Virus record (IMG/VR): IMGVR_UViG_3300050123_000025
Span: 300 to 64,299 of that record
DNA length: 64,000 bases
From: a virus
Taxonomy: Duplodnaviria; Caudoviricetes
Strand: one strand, 5' to 3'
A model generated the notes under the pieces. That model ran no database searches, had not been told where the DNA came from, and saw only the letters and a list, made by a program, of their open reading frames with translations. A program made the position numbers and the translations under genes. Below, in pieces: positions 9,254 through 17,980 of this stretch. The first letter of the stretch is position 1. Every line of letters starts with the position of its first letter.

Positions 9254-10211
9254 GAATCGGTATAGTTATATTCTCCCCATCGGTCTTGCTCCCAGTAAAA
9301 TAGAGGGTTGCAGGGAAGAGCTTGAAGCAGCTCTCGGTGGTCATTGCGATTTTGAAATTAATGGCCGGGTGGTTACAATTACCGCCTATAAAGGCAAATT
9401 GAAAAAGCGGATTAAGTACCGCCGCCCGGAAGTTGATGAAGGCTTAATTATCCCGATTGGTTACGGCATGGAGGGTGAGTTAATAATTCTAGATATGTCC
9501 TCTGACTCGCATTGCTATCTGCTCGCTGGCGGTAATCCTGGGACAGGGAAAAGCGTATTTCTAAATGGCTGTATTGACTGTATAAGCCAGTATCCGTCTG
9601 AACATGTGAGGTTTGTTTTTATTGACATGAAAATGGGCGTGGAGCTGGGGAGTTGGTATAGTCTACCGCACAAATGGTTAACAGCAGAAGATCCAACAAG
9701 GCCCGAACTAAAGCATGTATTAACTCAATTGTTAGCAGAGATTAAAAAGCGTATGAAGCTATTCAAGGCGGCAGGGGTCAAAAAAATATCAGATTACAAT
9801 AGGGCTTTCCCCGATAAAAAAATGAACTATATTATGGTTATTGTGGACGAATACGCGGAGATAAAAAACAGTGACAATGGGGACGAATATGAAGTGCTCA
9901 TGAAGTCTGCTTTACAGATTGGCAGGGCTGCGGGATTAAGAGCGATTGTGGCAACTCAAAGACCCACCACGGATTGTATTTCCGGCACAGTTAAAGCGGT
10001 GTTCACTGATCGCATAGCCTTTGCGGTATCAAGCGCGTTAAATAGCCGGGTGATACTAGATTCCGATGGAGCCGAGAAACTTCCTAATGATGTACCTGGC
10101 AGGGCGATATTCCTCACGGGCTCACGATTTCGAGAAGTGCAAGTCATGGACTACTCGTCCCCAGTTCTACAGGTTATACCTGATACGGAATACATGGAGT
10201 CCACGGTCTAA
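9246..10211 (+). CDS. FtsK/SpoIIIE-family ATPase
   Basis: AGGNPGTGKS, IDMKMGVE, VIVDEYAE, GRAAG, ATQRP, ILDSDGAEKL, PGRAI. Confidence 0.92.
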   Translation: MIKNRYSYILPIGLAPSKIEGCREELEAALGGHCDFEINGRVVTITAYKGKLKKRIKYRRPEVDEGLIIPIGYGMEGELIILDMSSDSHCYLLAGGNPGTGKSVFLNGCIDCISQYPSEHVRFVFIDMKMGVELGSWYSLPHKWLTAEDPTRPELKHVLTQLLAEIKKRMKLFKAAGVKKISDYNRAFPDKKMNYIMVIVDEYAEIKNSDNGDEYEVLMKSALQIGRAAGLRAIVATQRPTTDCISGTVKAVFTDRIAFAVSSALNSRVILDSDGAEKLPNDVPGRAIFLTGSRFREVQVMDYSSPVLQVIPDTEYMESTV

Positions 10212-10330
10212 TCATATCAGTAGTAGACAAGCATGGAATGGCTATAGAATGGGTTTTTAAAATGGCCTTAGAATAGGCGAGCGAGTTTGAAAAACGAGAG
10301 AGACTATTCTAGTAGACTGGAGGTAACAGT

Positions 10331-10951
10331 ATGCAGGCATACGGCAAGAGTAGGGATATAAAAGTATTGGAGGGGCTAGATGGGTTTAGATACATGACTA
10401 CCCCGCAAATTGCAGCTTTATATTTTACTACCATAAAAAAGCAAGAGTTCCGAATTAAGAAAACCTGTGAGCGAATGAAACGGATGTTTGATCGGGGCTA
10501 TGTCCAGCGATTTAGGTTCCCGTCCGAGCCTTATATATTTACTACCGGCGGGAACAAGTACAACCGACAAATACAACATTATTTAATGATCGTGGATTGC
10601 TGGATTACTTTGCAAAAATTAAGGCCATCTGGTGGGTCGCTGAATTACCAGGTGGAAATTAAACAGGATGGCGTACAAACTGATTTAGCCGTGGAATATA
10701 CGAACAATTTCCGAGGTGAGAAGAAGTTATATTGGATTGAAGTGGAGAATGAATCAACGGGGGACATAACAGAGAAGATTAAGAATTATGAGGGGCTACA
10801 GTGGTCAAGGCAGGTTAATAACTTGCCGGCGGGTGCATTGGTCATCGTCTACAAGAAACGTGCAACCTTAGCGAAACTACAAGGTGTTAGTTTTGAGATG
10901 CCGGTGAAATTGATACACTTTAGCGAGTTTGCGGAAAAATGGGAATGGTAG
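10331..10951 (+). CDS. Replication-relaxation (Replic_Relax)-like protein: wHTH + PD-(D/E)xK
   Basis: RDIKVLEGLDGFRYMTTPQIAALYF; HYL; TDLAV...WIEVEN. Confidence 0.75.
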   Translation: MQAYGKSRDIKVLEGLDGFRYMTTPQIAALYFTTIKKQEFRIKKTCERMKRMFDRGYVQRFRFPSEPYIFTTGGNKYNRQIQHYLMIVDCWITLQKLRPSGGSLNYQVEIKQDGVQTDLAVEYTNNFRGEKKLYWIEVENESTGDITEKIKNYEGLQWSRQVNNLPAGALVIVYKKRATLAKLQGVSFEMPVKLIHFSEFAEKWEW

Positions 10952-11021
10952 TCTTTGAAGCGGTTACATTGTAACAAATATAAAAAGAGAGAGCAAAAGC
11001 GCAGGCGAAACTGAAAGGAGA

Positions 11022-11255
11022 TTGTGGAATATGACAGGATTAGCGGTATTTATCGTTGCTTGCTTGGGTTTACAGGTGATACTTCATCGGGACAAGAATG
11101 ACCGTAAGAGATTTAAAGAGATTGGAATATTGATTGAAGCAGAAAAGAAAAGGCGACTCAAAGAGGAAAAACTTAGGACTGTCCGCATAAAACACCCTAA
11201 AGTAATTTACCTCGATGATTTTAAAGCCGCCCTTCCCACACAAAGAATAATATAA
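11022..11255 (+). CDS. Small single-TM protein
   Basis: AAGGAG RBS, N-terminal hydrophobic helix. Confidence 0.6.
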   Translation: MWNMTGLAVFIVACLGLQVILHRDKNDRKRFKEIGILIEAEKKRRLKEEKLRTVRIKHPKVIYLDDFKAALPTQRII

Positions 11256-11337
11256 TATGACCTGCGTTCTCTCCTGGGGTTTAAGGGTTTATCCCGCCCC
11301 ATACATATCATACCCCACTCACACATAATTATTCACA

Positions 11338-11369
11338 AAAAAAAATAAGCCCCATGTGCGGGGCTTTTA
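11338..11369. terminator. Bidirectional terminator between convergent units
   Basis: A-tract, AAGCCCC-ATGTGC-GGGGCTT, T-tract. Confidence 0.7.
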
Positions 11370-11371
11370 AC

Positions 11372-12052
11372 TTACAACCAATCTGTCTCCTTAACTTTTT
11401 TCCTTAAGTCAACGTCGCAAATTTCTGTATAAATTGTTGTAGTTTGAATATTCATATGCCCGAGCAAATGTTGTACTTCTCGGATATTATACCCGATATT
11501 GAGTAATGTTGTTGCAAAAGTATGGCGGAAATTGTGAGGGTGTACTTTGGTTCGTTGCCGCCCATCTTGTATATATACTTTTGCCCTTGCCCCTATCTCG
11601 TAACACATTTCCCTGACGTTACGGTCGTGTAGTCTACCGCCCTTTCGGTTACAAAAATACCAGTTAGATTCGGGCCGTATGGCCTCCCATACTTCTAGGG
11701 CGGCTTTAAGTTGTTCCCCTATAGGTATGTGCCTGTCAGCGTTGCATTTGCCTTCCTGCACGTATATGTCACCCTCTATCATGTCAACATCCGACTTAGA
11801 TAGATCGCATAGTTCATTCAGCCTTAACCCTGCCCGTAAAAAAGTTTGAATTATCGCGGCTTGGCGAATCCCTGTTGCTGTATCTGCATTAATTGCTGCC
11901 AAATATTTTTCTATTTGAGGTGGCTTTAGGATCTTGGGAAGTTTTCGGGTCTTATGCTTCTTTGCTAGCTCCGGCTGGCTTAGGTCGATACCCAGCAACT
12001 CCGCTACCTGCTGGGCTTTCTCGGGGTCTAGTTTGTTTAGGTCTATGTTCAT
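11372..12052 (-). CDS. Second tyrosine recombinase (short, Xer/resolvase-like)
   Basis: AGLRLNE, EGK, HPHNFRH, LLGH, TTTIY; lacks N-terminal arm/SAM domain. Confidence 0.9.
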   Translation of the reverse strand: MNIDLNKLDPEKAQQVAELLGIDLSQPELAKKHKTRKLPKILKPPQIEKYLAAINADTATGIRQAAIIQTFLRAGLRLNELCDLSKSDVDMIEGDIYVQEGKCNADRHIPIGEQLKAALEVWEAIRPESNWYFCNRKGGRLHDRNVREMCYEIGARAKVYIQDGRQRTKVHPHNFRHTFATTLLNIGYNIREVQHLLGHMNIQTTTIYTEICDVDLRKKVKETDWL

Positions 12053-12071
12053 GGTTTGGCCTCCTTACTTG

Positions 12072-12100
12072 CGCCGGGATTTACCGCCCGGCTCGGCGGG
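12072..12100 (-). repeat. Pseudoknot-like intergenic repeat, copy 4
   Basis: CCCGCCGA-GCCGGG-CGGTAAAT-CCCGGC-G then AAGTAAGGAGG. Confidence 0.7.
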
Positions 12101-12102
12101 AT

Positions 12103-12309
12103 CTATTTCGTTTCTTTTTTTATTGCTTTTTCCAAACACTCGGGGCATAGATTTTTACCCTTGTAATTCCTAAATCCTTTTTGTAATGCCCATTCTATGG
12201 AATTTGTTCTATCATCGGCATCTGCACCCGGACGACCGCAGTCATCACAATTAATTAAATAGACTACATATTTATCTTTTGTATGCAGTTTTTTATTTCC
12301 TTTTCTCAT
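12103..12309 (-). CDS. Zn-ribbon protein
   Basis: CDDC...CPEC. Confidence 0.65.
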   Translation of the reverse strand: MRKGNKKLHTKDKYVVYLINCDDCGRPGADADDRTNSIEWALQKGFRNYKGKNLCPECLEKAIKKETK

Positions 12310-13114
12310 AATCTAATCCTCCCTTTCTACCTGCTAACTTAGAGACTATTTCCTTCGCCAGCCTTTCCGCATCATGGCCCCTGTATCTCTGCCATGCTCC
12401 GTTGGTAGGGCTCCAGCGGAATCCGTTCTTTTTTAACTGTTCTCTAATGTTTGCGTCCGGCTTATTAGGGAATATGATCTGTAGCCTTTGAGCTTCGAGG
12501 TTGTCAATTATTTTGATGCCGTTAATTTCGACTGTCTGCTCCTCGATGGTGGTAGTTGCCGCCTGTTCCGCCAGTCGCTCAAGGTGCGCAATTCTGTCCC
12601 TAATACCTTTAATTCTGCCGTTGCCGTTACTTGTCATCCATGCCGGGTGAGGCTCTTGCCCTTCTTTGCGCAATTGTTTGTTTTCAGCTATTAAAGCGGC
12701 GTGGTTCTCTAATTCCTTGGCTAACTTTTCCTGCAGTTTTTCGATGGCGTTCGCATCGTCAGACTTGATTATTTTGTCACCGTTTACTATTGCCCATATT
12801 TTACTGTCAATGTCTTTAATATCGTCATATTCAGCCCATAACGTACGCTCGCGGCTTAAATATTTTTCATGCGCCCTCATGTTATAGTTTGATGGCCCGG
12901 AAATCATCATACTTACATGACTGGCTCCGTTAGAGTTGTATTTATTTGTCCAGCTGGCATAATTCGTTGTATAGCGGGCTAATAAGCTGTCTAAACGGGT
13001 TTGCGCTTCGGGTGATACTTTAGCCTTGGCCTGCTCTATTTTCTCCCTAGCGTCTTGGATGGTTGCGTTATATTCTGCGGTTGCGCTGCCTTCGTTGTAG
13101 TCACTAAAACTCAT
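12293..13114 (-). CDS. DUF3560-like protein (N-terminus possibly frameshifted, real start 13152)
   Basis: SFSDYNEGSATAEY, MISGPSNYN, RLQIIFPNKPD...GFRWSPTNGAWQR. Confidence 0.7.
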   Translation of the reverse strand: MSFSDYNEGSATAEYNATIQDAREKIEQAKAKVSPEAQTRLDSLLARYTTNYASWTNKYNSNGASHVSMMISGPSNYNMRAHEKYLSRERTLWAEYDDIKDIDSKIWAIVNGDKIIKSDDANAIEKLQEKLAKELENHAALIAENKQLRKEGQEPHPAWMTSNGNGRIKGIRDRIAHLERLAEQAATTTIEEQTVEINGIKIIDNLEAQRLQIIFPNKPDANIREQLKKNGFRWSPTNGAWQRYRGHDAERLAKEIVSKLAGRKGGLDYEKRK

Positions 13115-13151
13115 GTTTTCTTTGCTCTACGTGCCAATTGTTCGTTAATCA

Positions 13152-13658
13152 TTAGTCAAGCACCTCCCGGTTAAATTCCTGCCGGTCATGTATCGGGATG
13201 GGGTAGTTGTTAACTTCCCCAAAACGACTATCGCAAGAATAAATAAAATTGCCGCCCATCATCCAGCCGCTTCCCGTTGGTCTGTCTAATGGTTCACAGT
13301 GGATATAAGGATTACCGCAAATCTTACGCCTTACAAGTTTAACGCCCGGCGCATCTTCTGACGGTTCATACATTTGCGGAATGCCTTCGCCTATAACGGT
13401 TAATTGTTTTACTGTTGAGGATATGCCGTGATTAGTGCAATCGCCTAGTCTCTGCTCTTTAAATACGCTTACAATCATACCCATTGGAGGGCGTTCTACT
13501 TTTATACACTTCTGCATGTTGTCCTCTGGTTCTCCGTCTGCGCCGGTTCCAAGGTTAAAGATTCTATTCAGAAAATAAGCCTGTGCGTCCTCAAAGGTTC
13601 CATTAATTCGAGTGGTAATTGTGTCTCCGTTTTCATAAATACGTTTTACAGTTATCAT
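13152..13658 (-). CDS. Two-domain hypothetical phage early protein
   Basis: ITTRINGT...YF; DCTNHGISS; MMGGNF...DSRF...PIPIHDR. Confidence 0.75.
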   Translation of the reverse strand: MITVKRIYENGDTITTRINGTFEDAQAYFLNRIFNLGTGADGEPEDNMQKCIKVERPPMGMIVSVFKEQRLGDCTNHGISSTVKQLTVIGEGIPQMYEPSEDAPGVKLVRRKICGNPYIHCEPLDRPTGSGWMMGGNFIYSCDSRFGEVNNYPIPIHDRQEFNREVLD

Positions 13659-13769
13659 TTTCCCTACCGCCTTTCAATTCTGTTTATTTTGCGGTAGAAT
13701 GAGCTGTGGGGCTCTCTACCGCTTGCCGGTGTTGTGTTCTCTGGATTAGGCTGGTGTTAGCGCATCGGC

Positions 13770-14048
13770 CTAATCCGCATATTGGGTATTTACCTGAGCC
13801 AGTATGCTCCACGGAGTTATAACCGTATCCTTTAAAAATAGATGTTTCGGTAAATTCTCCCTCCCGCCGTTCATTTCGATATAGTCATTTCCAAAAATAA
13901 ACCGCCTATAAAGAGTCAAGACATAATCGGCCCGGGGTTCAATTTTAGCTATCAGCTCTGACAAGTTTTCCTGATTAAAGTCGCTGATTCTCTTAATTAA
14001 GTCTCCATCCTGAGTGGTGATTTGTACCTGATATTGTGTATTATTCAT
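13770..14048 (-). CDS. Hypothetical protein
   Basis: ATGA overlap with upstream gene. Confidence 0.6.
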   Translation of the reverse strand: MNNTQYQVQITTQDGDLIKRISDFNQENLSELIAKIEPRADYVLTLYRRFIFGNDYIEMNGGRENLPKHLFLKDTVITPWSILAQVNTQYAD

Positions 14049-14227
14049 TCCGCTTTCCCTCCAATTCCTTTAGTTCTCCAACACTGCCCGCCGACCGGGT
14101 CTCTGTGTGCATTGTCGCACCGGGGACACCAATAAATTATGTAACATTCTCCTAAAACAAAGTCCGGCGGGGTGATATATTCCTCCTCAAAGTCTTCGGC
14201 CTCAAATTGACAAAACGGACACAACAT
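14045..14227 (-). CDS. Zn-ribbon protein
   Basis: CPFC...CPRC; AGGAGG RBS. Confidence 0.65.
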   Translation of the reverse strand: MLCPFCQFEAEDFEEEYITPPDFVLGECYIIYWCPRCDNAHRDPVGGQCWRTKGIGGKAE

Positions 14228-14441
14228 AAAAATCCCTCCTATTTATTTTCCCTATTTTCTTGATACCCTACCTCGCTCCTTTTTAAAGCTGTCGGACTTC
14301 TTTTTCTAAGTCTTCAATCATGCTCCCGGTTTACTATGACCTCTCCGCCTTGCCTACTTCGCCAGGGCTGCTGCATCGCCATTAGATGCGGGGTGTCTGG
14401 CTTTCGGCTGCGGAGAGGAGTTAAGCTTTTCGGGGCTCTGG

Positions 14442-14464
14442 CGCCGGCTGGCCCGGCTGGCCTT
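14442..14464 (-). repeat. Pseudoknot-like intergenic repeat, copy 3
   Basis: AAGGCCA-GCCGG-GCCAG-CCGGC-G. Confidence 0.7.
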
Positions 14465-14480
14465 GGGTGCCACTGAGGGA

Positions 14481-14687
14481 TTAATTAACTGATATTGCTC
14501 CCCCTAATCCAATTAAAGGATTTGGCGCTTTTGAATAGCCTCTTGCTCGGGTGTTCCTGTTAATCCAGATTAACGCCTCAAATCTTGTCATGCTATTAAA
14601 ATCAGGGACTATGGTTTTACGGCTTTTTAATTTATAGGTATATTCTCCATAGGTTACTGTTGGCATTGGATTTGTTCTCTTCATCAT
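14481..14687 (-). CDS. Hypothetical protein
   Basis: ORF in early operon. Confidence 0.65.
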   Translation of the reverse strand: MMKRTNPMPTVTYGEYTYKLKSRKTIVPDFNSMTRFEALIWINRNTRARGYSKAPNPLIGLGGAISVN

Positions 14688-14709
14688 CCTCGCCGCCTCG
14701 CTTTCGTTT

Positions 14710-14734
14710 CGCCGGACTGGCTCCGGCGGGCCTT
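14710..14734 (-). repeat. Pseudoknot-like intergenic repeat, copy 2
   Basis: AAGGCCC-GCCGG-AGCCAGT-CCGGC-G. Confidence 0.7.
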
Positions 14735-14762
14735 CCTCCCCGGTATCGGCTGTTGTCTTGTG

Positions 14763-14957
14763 TCATATCGTTTCCTTCCAACGCAATGCCCTTGGATGGC
14801 TTTTTGCTTTCAACTCTTTTGCTTTAATGCAAAATATTCTTTGCAAGAAGGTTGGTTGTAATGTGAAATACCAATTGTCGGGGCTATAATACCTAGTTAC
14901 TGTTCCCCATGTTTTAAAATATTTCGAATAAAACCTCATTCCTGGCTTAATCTTCAT
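14763..14957 (-). CDS. Hypothetical protein
   Basis: GGGAGG RBS. Confidence 0.6.
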   Translation of the reverse strand: MKIKPGMRFYSKYFKTWGTVTRYYSPDNWYFTLQPTFLQRIFCIKAKELKAKSHPRALRWKETI

Positions 14958-14971
14958 TCCTATTCCTCCCT

Positions 14972-15298
14972 TTATAATCCTAAAGATATAAGTTTACGCC
15001 TGCCGTAATATTTAACTGCTCCTAACTTTTTGCCTTCTGCTTTAGTTAACACTTTATCTATCATATCTCGGATTGGTTTATCTACTCCCCTGCTAAAATC
15101 CTTACTTGTAATAGTTTCAAGCATTTCTAATGTGGACTTCAATGCTTCATACATATCGGGGGCGGTGACCATCAGCCCTATATCTCCGCCCTCTCCATAT
15201 ATACCACTAGAATCGGGTTCAACCCAAAAAACAGGTTTTCCATTACTGTCTAAAATATTATTGCCATTTCTTTCCCACGGTCCTTTTGTGTATTCCAT
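14972..15298 (-). CDS. Hypothetical phage protein (TxGPW...APDMYEAL type)
   Basis: YTKGPW and TAPDMYEALK motifs; AAGGAGG RBS. Confidence 0.75.
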   Translation of the reverse strand: MEYTKGPWERNGNNILDSNGKPVFWVEPDSSGIYGEGGDIGLMVTAPDMYEALKSTLEMLETITSKDFSRGVDKPIRDMIDKVLTKAEGKKLGAVKYYGRRKLISLGL

Positions 15299-15318
15299 TA
15301 TTTAGCCTCCTTACTTCT

Positions 15319-15343
15319 CGCCGGATAAGCCCCCGGCTGGGCT
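15319..15343 (-). repeat. Pseudoknot-like intergenic repeat, copy 1
   Basis: AAGCCCA-GCCGG-GGCTTAT-CCGGC-G then AGAAGTAAGGAGG. Confidence 0.7.
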
Positions 15344-15349
15344 TGCGTG

Positions 15350-15619
15350 TTAATTGAATCTTTTATTTACATATTCTTCAGTGATGTACCTTTCAGCTAT
15401 TTGCTGTGCGTCTAAACCTTCACCGTGATTGTATTTTTGACCTTTAATATTAAAGATGTTTATTATTTCTTCTCTTGTATTCGCAAAGTCAGTATAAACA
15501 GTTTCAGCATATTCTTCGGTATGTTCGTATCTGTATGCAGGCCATGATTTTAATTTACTATTTTCTCTCCGCAAAGCTTCGAACCGTTCGACCTTTTTAA
15601 GTAATTTAGCTTTTTCCAT
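15350..15619 (-). CDS. Hypothetical protein, first gene of early operon
   Basis: GAGG RBS downstream of strong promoter. Confidence 0.65.
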   Translation of the reverse strand: MEKAKLLKKVERFEALRRENSKLKSWPAYRYEHTEEYAETVYTDFANTREEIINIFNIKGQKYNHGEGLDAQQIAERYITEEYVNKRFN

Positions 15620-15714
15620 TCCGTCCGCCTCACTTTCATTTTATTTAAAATCTTTATGCAGTTCTCAAAGAGCTTTTTTCGGTTTGTTGCCGGTTGGTTT
15701 GTTTCCGTGATTTA

Positions 15715-15743
15715 AATATAAACCTTTGTTTTCGCCTTGTCAA
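15715..15743 (-). promoter_or_regulatory. Strong SigA-type early promoter
   Basis: TTGACA-17 bp-TATATT. Confidence 0.8.
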
Positions 15744-16061
15744 GTGTTTTGGGATAAATATTTTTATGTGCTTAAAACCTGCATTGTGTCGGGCTTTGCT
15801 CGCCACCTAGTCTTAGTATATGCAAATTATTTTAGGATTATTATAAAAAAGTTTTGGAATTTTATTAAAATTATAGCAAGTCGCAGGAATGGCTATGTAG
15901 TGGGGATTGTGGGAGTTAGTGCTCGATTACCTCCAATTTTTAGCCGCTCACCAGCCGTTTTGGAATTTTTTTTGTGCTATTGTAATATCATAGGCAAGAT
16001 AAATAAAGCATCGGATTTGCGTCTGGTGTTTTTTATTGCCTAAAATTAAATAAGAAAGAGG

Positions 16062-16751
16062 TTGGCTTTAGATATGCCGACTAGAATTACAACGTATGAT
16101 CAGGCGTTTAGGACAATTAATATGCCCTATAATGAAAAAGCAATTACCATTATTAAGGAATTGGAAAAAGAGGGTCATACTGAAAGAAGTATTTGCTATG
16201 CAATATGGCGGGACAGACCAAACCTATTTAAGCATAATAGAGATCAAAATTTTTGGGATTATTTTATTAATAGAATTAAGGTATGGTCCTGGGCTACCGA
16301 TGACCCACGTTGGGAATTACATTATAGAAAAAAAGTTGAAACGGAAAAAGCAGCAGCGGAACAAGAAAGATTACGCGAAGAAATGAACGCAAGAACTTTT
16401 AAAAAACCAACTTGCCATCTATATAATGGTTTTATTTATTTTATACAGGGTGAGAATGGCGGGCCAATAAAAATAGGTTTTGCGAAAAACATTAAAGATC
16501 GCATTAAAACCTTACAAACCGGCTATCCTGATGTGCTTAAATTGTTGCTAGCATTCCCGGGTAACCTTGAAATTGAACAAGAGATGCACAAACAATTTAA
16601 GCAGTATAAGTTAAATGGTGAATGGTTTAATCCGTTACCGGAATTAATAGATAAAATAAAAGAATTTACCAAGTATCATATTGAATTCGCTACCCCTAAT
16701 AAAGAAAATCCATTAAGAAGTTATATGAGACAAATGGCCGGAACTAATTAG
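16062..16751 (+). CDS. GIY-YIG (T5orf172/MUG113-like) domain protein
   Basis: FIYFIQ...IKIGF...RIKTLQTG...EMHKQF...GEWF. Confidence 0.8.
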   Translation: MALDMPTRITTYDQAFRTINMPYNEKAITIIKELEKEGHTERSICYAIWRDRPNLFKHNRDQNFWDYFINRIKVWSWATDDPRWELHYRKKVETEKAAAEQERLREEMNARTFKKPTCHLYNGFIYFIQGENGGPIKIGFAKNIKDRIKTLQTGYPDVLKLLLAFPGNLEIEQEMHKQFKQYKLNGEWFNPLPELIDKIKEFTKYHIEFATPNKENPLRSYMRQMAGTN

Positions 16752-16996
16752 TTGCCGGTTTTTTAATGAGGTGATTTCATGCGAGATGGATACAAGCTAA
16801 TCCTAGCAGATAGGATATTCCGGGATACCATAATCAGAATCTACCGCAAATTGTAATTAGCTTTGCCCGCACAGTTCCGGTCTGGGTTCCCTCCTTCTCC
16901 TGGGCCGGACAGTGGGCAAATTTTTAAAGTGGCGAAAAGCTACTATACAAGGTAATTTGCTGGCGATGAGCCGGCTTTTATATTTTCTGGAATTAT

Positions 16997-17060
16997 GTGG
17001 GCTAGATCGGGAAGTTGCTGTCCTGGTCGAAAAACTGGCAAGCCTTAGCCAGTCGCCCGC
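16997..17060 (+). ncRNA. C4/CI-like antisense RNA element
   Basis: GTGGGC/GCCCGC closing stem with two hairpins; loop GCCTTA complementary to TAAGGC (17071) and AAGGC (17087). Confidence 0.6.
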
Positions 17061-17101
17061 TTATTTTATTTAAGGCGAACGCTTAAAAGGCAGGTGTCGT
17101 A

Positions 17102-17503
17102 ATGGGTAAAAAAATATCAGATTATCAGCAGGAAATTGAATTATTGAAAGAGGAAGTTAATAGACTTACTAAACTAGTCGATAAATTAAGTAAACCAACT
17201 AAAACTAAACTTCCGATTCCGCCCTATATAATAAAGGAATCAATTAAAGTTAATGAAGAATGGCACAGTCGCGAATATCCCTATGAAGCTTATGACCAAA
17301 AACGCAATATAATGATGTTTAGTATTGTAGAGAATAAATGGATAAGATACGCGCGAGCCGTGTATATCGTTGAGCATGGAATAATACCAAAAGAATATTC
17401 GGTCTATCAACTGGACGGTGATAAAAACAATTATAACATAGATAACCTGGCTGCTATGGATATTGACTCATGGAACGCTATGCGCTCTCAAGAGGTGTAT
17501 TAA
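17102..17503 (+). CDS. Coiled coil + degenerate HNH-like protein
   Basis: RAVY...HGIIP...LDGDKNNYNIDNL; catalytic His residues replaced. Confidence 0.65.
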   Translation: MGKKISDYQQEIELLKEEVNRLTKLVDKLSKPTKTKLPIPPYIIKESIKVNEEWHSREYPYEAYDQKRNIMMFSIVENKWIRYARAVYIVEHGIIPKEYSVYQLDGDKNNYNIDNLAAMDIDSWNAMRSQEVY

Positions 17504-17504
17504 T

Positions 17505-17980
17505 ATGGCAAGAGCAAGAAACATTAAGCCCTCATTTTTTACGAATGAACAATTAGCAGAATGTAGTTCCTGGGCGCGGTTATTATTCATAGGATTATGG
17601 ACAATAGCAGACCGTGAAGGCAAATTAGAGGATCGGCCTAAAAGAATAAAAATTGAACTACTTCCTTATGACGATGTTAATGTTGATGAACTGCTAGACG
17701 AACTAAACGGTCAGGAACTAATTATTAGATATGAAGTTGAAGGAGAAAAATATATACTCATTCCTAAATTTGTGAAACACCAGAACCCGCACCAAAAGGA
17801 ACAAGCAAGGGATTATCCTTTCCCGAATGGATATGAATTATCAGAGTTATAATACAGAAACCCGATACTAGCACCAGACTAGCACCAGACAAGTCTGATA
17901 CAAAACTCATACTAGCCCAGCTGAATCCCTATTACTTTATATTGAATCCCTATTATTGAAAGATGAACCCTGAATCCTGA
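17505..17980 (+). pseudogene. Truncated phage replication-initiator-like gene (intact ORF to 17852) with repeat-rich remnant
   Basis: MARARNIKPSFF...RLLFIGLWTIADREG; after stop ACTAGCACCAG x2, TGAATCCCTATTA x2 and out-of-frame TSPAESLLL. Confidence 0.6.

Noticed and set aside
11372-15619. Integron-like cassette array served by the second recombinase
   Set aside because: Repeats lack attC R-box ends (RYYYAAC/GTTRRRY), the recombinase shows no IntI-specific insertion that I can see and is co-oriented, and several gene junctions have no repeat.
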